Program-made: the position numbers and the translations under genes
Part shown: piece after piece, positions 52,878 through 56,000 of the stretch
Layout: the number at the start of each line of letters is the position of its first letter
Position numbering within the stretch: the stretch's first letter is position 1
Assembly: GCA_013416795.1 (NCBI GenBank)
Contig: RQSC01000015.1
Location: 326,072 to 382,071, forward strand
Length of the DNA stretch: 56,000 nucleotides
From: Prasinococcaceae sp. CCMP 1430
Lineage: Eukaryota; Plantae; Prasinodermophyta
Direction of reading: 5' to 3'
Notes under the pieces: generated by a model
The model's database searches: none
Seen by the model: the letters and a program-made list of their open reading frames with translations, nothing else
What the model was told of the DNA's origin: nothing

Positions 52878-55814
52878 CTAGGGCTGGCGGGCGCCCCCCG
52901 CTTCGAGGCGGTCAGTCATGGTCGCAAGGCTCTCCTTGATGTCGAGCAGCTCCGCCATCGCCCTGGCGACCTGTGTTGCGTCGCTGGAGCTCGCCTTGGT
53001 TGCCTTTGCCTTGGTCTTCGACTTGGACGACTTGCCGCTCGCCGGGCGGCGCTGCCCGGCGCCAGCGGAGACGGGACGGAGCGGCCCTCGCTCGCGCTCG
53101 GGGGAAGGGGCGCGCGCCGCGAGCGACTCGAGCAGCGCATCCAGCTTCTCGTCGTCGTCGAGACGGTTGCACAGCCGCATCTGGTGCAGGCGGCGCTCCG
53201 TGGCGGTGACCTTCTTGCGCATCGCCGACACGTCGGCGATGTACCCCTCCACGTCGAACGCGCGCCTCTTCTCGAGACGAGCGTGTGCACTGCGCAGCTT
53301 GGCCAACGCAGATTCGAGGTCGGCGATGCGCACCTCATACTGCTGGCGTACGGCCGCGAGCGCATTCTCAAGGCCGACGGCGTGTGCCTCAGATTTGGCC
53401 ATCTGCATCCTGTACCTCTTCGTCTGTGCGGCGAGCTTCGCGTGGAGCTCCTCGCGCGCGCGCTTCGCGGCCGCGCTGATGGCCGCCTGTGCGGCAACTA
53501 GGCGCGAGTTGAGCTCGACGAGACTCTCCGCGCAAGTCTTGCGGCCGTCAACGGAGATGCCCACGTCAGCGTCTACGGCAGCGATGGCCGCCTCGAGCTC
53601 CGTGTCAATGCTGGTGAGCTTTGCCTCAAGCTCTGCGTCGGCCGCCGCAAGCTCCTCGACGCGGGCGCCGAGCTCCTCCCGCAGCAGAACCGCCTCCGAC
53701 TCTGACACTGTGGCCTCAAGAGCTGCGATCTCCGCGGCGGCAGCGGCAGCGATGCGCTCGCACTCCTCGGTGCAGCGCGCATCGACCGCCTGCGCGCGCG
53801 TGGTCGCCGCCGATACCTGGCCGTCGACAGTGTCGGCGATCGCACGGCACGCCTCGCGCGCGCGGGCTGCCGAATCGCGCGCCTCGGCCGCCTCCGCGCC
53901 TGCTGCGTACGCCAGCTGTGCGGCCGCCTCGGACGCGAGTCGCGCCTGCGCGAGCGCCGCTTCCAGGCTCTGGGCGCGCGCCTTCGCCGCCTTGATGGCG
54001 CGCTGCCCCTCGTCACCGGCCAGGCGCGCGGCCTCGTCGCGCGCGAGCCGCAGCTGGCCCTCAACGCCGGGCTGCGCGGCAGCCGCGCGGTGACCCGCTG
54101 CGACGGTCGCGCGAGCGTCGCGCAACTGCCGCTCGACTGCCGCCGCGCGTGCGGCCGCTGCCGACGCGCCGCTGGTCGCCGCCGTCTGCCGCACCGCGCT
54201 CAGCTGCCGGTCAAGGCCGGATATGCGAGACGCCGCGCTCGAACCGCGCGCCTGCGCGGCGCGCAGGTCCGCGACCTGCCGCTCCAGATCGGCGACGGCC
54301 TGCGTTGCGGCGCGCGCGTTGAGCGCGGCGAGGCGCTGTGCCTCGGCGTGCTCCGTCTCGATGCGGGCTGCCTCGGCGCGCGCGGCTGCTGCGGCGGCCT
54401 CCGCCTCTGTGGCGCGCGCCTCTTTGTCACTCGCGAGCGCGTCGGCCGCCTCAGCAGCGCGGCGGGCGGCTCCCACGTGCGCTGAGCCCGCGCCGCGCAC
54501 AGCAGTCTCATCCAGGGCAGCCTTTGCGTCCTCGGCGCTCGCAACGGCCCTCGCCTTGGCCTCAGCCGCGCGAGCGAGGATCTCAGCGCGCGCGGCATCA
54601 ATCCTGTCGCGAGCGCGCACGGCCGCGGCATCCTTGACGGCGTCCTCGATGATCTTTCTGCGCGTGGCGGCCACTGCACGTGCGGCCTCCCGCCGCTCCT
54701 CGGCCGCGAGCTTCGCGGCGTGCGTGGCATTGTCGCGGCGTCGCAGCAGCGCCGCGCGCGCCGCGAGCGTGCTCGCCTTGGTGTTGATCTCCTCGCGCAG
54801 GTCGGCGAACACTCCCGCTGCGCCCTGGGGCAGCAGCGCGGCCGCCACGTCCCGCTCAGCAGCCGCGCGGAACGCCTCCGAGCTCAGCGCGTGCGCCGTC
54901 TCCTCGAGCGCCGCGCAGCGCTCCGCGGCGCGCTCCTGCTTGGTGTGACACTCGGCGCGCATGCGCAGCAGGTCGTCGGTGGCACCCGTGAGCTGCGCGC
55001 GAAGCTCCCTCTCACTCTCGAGCAGCTCCCTCATGCGCTCGGTTTGCTGCACGGCGGCCGTCTCGCGCTCCTCCATGAGCGCCTTGGTCTCGTGGAGCTG
55101 GCTGGTGAGGGTGTCCACCTTGAGCTGCAGCGCGTCGCCGCGCTCGGTGGGGAGGTAGACTCTGCGGAGCAGGCGCTCGCCCTCGGCCACCGGGCCTATC
55201 AAGGCGGGGGCGCCCCCCTCCGACGCACTCGCGCCTGCGCCCGCCTTGCCCGCGGCAGGGCCGGCCTTGTAGCGAGGGTACAGGCTCACCATCTCGGGAG
55301 CCGCGCCCCTGCTGTACGTGACCTCTTGCACCACGGGCTGGCCACTCGCGACCAGCGCGTCGATCTCGGCCTGCAGTGCGTTTGCCCGCTCGCGTTCGCT
55401 GAAGAGGAGGCTGTGAGCCTCCGACAGGCCGAGCTGCAGCTCCTTGACCTCTTCGTGCTTCCGGAAGAGCTCCCACTCGGCGCGGTGCAGCTCCGCGTGC
55501 GACACCTCGATCGAGCGGAGGCGACTCTGCGAGGGGGGCGCGCGATACGCGGGGCGCGAGGCGAGCGTCCGCGGGAGGCGGTTGCGCGGCGCTCGTCAGA
55601 GGTCGCGCCCCGCCGCCCGCGCGCCGCGCCAGCGCCGCGCTTGGGCGCGACGTCGCTGCGAGGGACGCACCTCGGTGTCCGCGCGTTCGTCCTGTAGGTC
55701 AAGCATGCGCGAGCGGTAGTACGTGAGCAGGTCGTGCGCGGGCTCGGTGGCCACGGAGGCCGCCGCGCGCGCCGCCGCATCGGCGTCGTCGCGCCCGGTC
55801 CCCGCGGATGCCAT
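52878..55814 (-). CDS. CCDC77-like coiled-coil centrosome/basal-body protein, 2 exons
   Basis: DLLTYYRSRM, intron 55670-55527, WELFRKHEEVKELQLGLSEAHSLLFSERE, QEVTY, C-terminal RRAFDVEGYIADV. Confidence 0.75.
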
Positions 55815-56000
55815 CTCCTCCGGGGGCGGCCCGCGAGCGGCCGGCGAGCGCCGCTCGCGCCGAAATTCAAAAACGCGCCGCGCGCACGCGCGCGCTGGGG
55901 GACAGTGCCGTGCGTGCGCCCCCCGACCCCTCCCCCGACCCCCTCCCCCCCGCGCGCGAGCGCGCCGGGCGAGAGAGCGCCCGCGCGCCAGGCCCGCCGG

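Overview
A very GC-rich, intron-containing eukaryotic window from a green alga. It looks prasinophyte-like (plastid-targeted HCF101 and PAO-type Rieske protein, an RWP-RK factor, a Chlamydomonas-like RSP2); the species cannot be determined from sequence alone. About 30 genes or gene fragments are recognisable, mostly housekeeping. The scaffold is a patchwork: three N-gaps, nine single-N joins, two local near-perfect duplications (550 bp and 842 bp), several head-to-head gene pairs that have both lost their 5' ends, and an RPL32 gene whose exon 2 lies upstream of exon 1. Most of this is probably mis-assembly and needs long reads to settle. The most interesting candidates are a Cys-less pentameric ligand-gated ion channel fragment, a gustatory-receptor-like/DUF3537-type membrane protein fragment, a transposase-free triple BED-finger protein, a degenerate type-B response regulator, two unusual plastid domain fusions, a bacterial-looking ABC-F fragment, and a highly ordered non-coding block at 8.5-9.1 kb (4x88-bp array, perfect 33-bp palindrome, flanking short direct repeats). 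I cannot demonstrate a complete multi-gene novel system, and found no CRISPR array, tRNA or rRNA gene. All homology calls are from remembered family motifs, not database searches.
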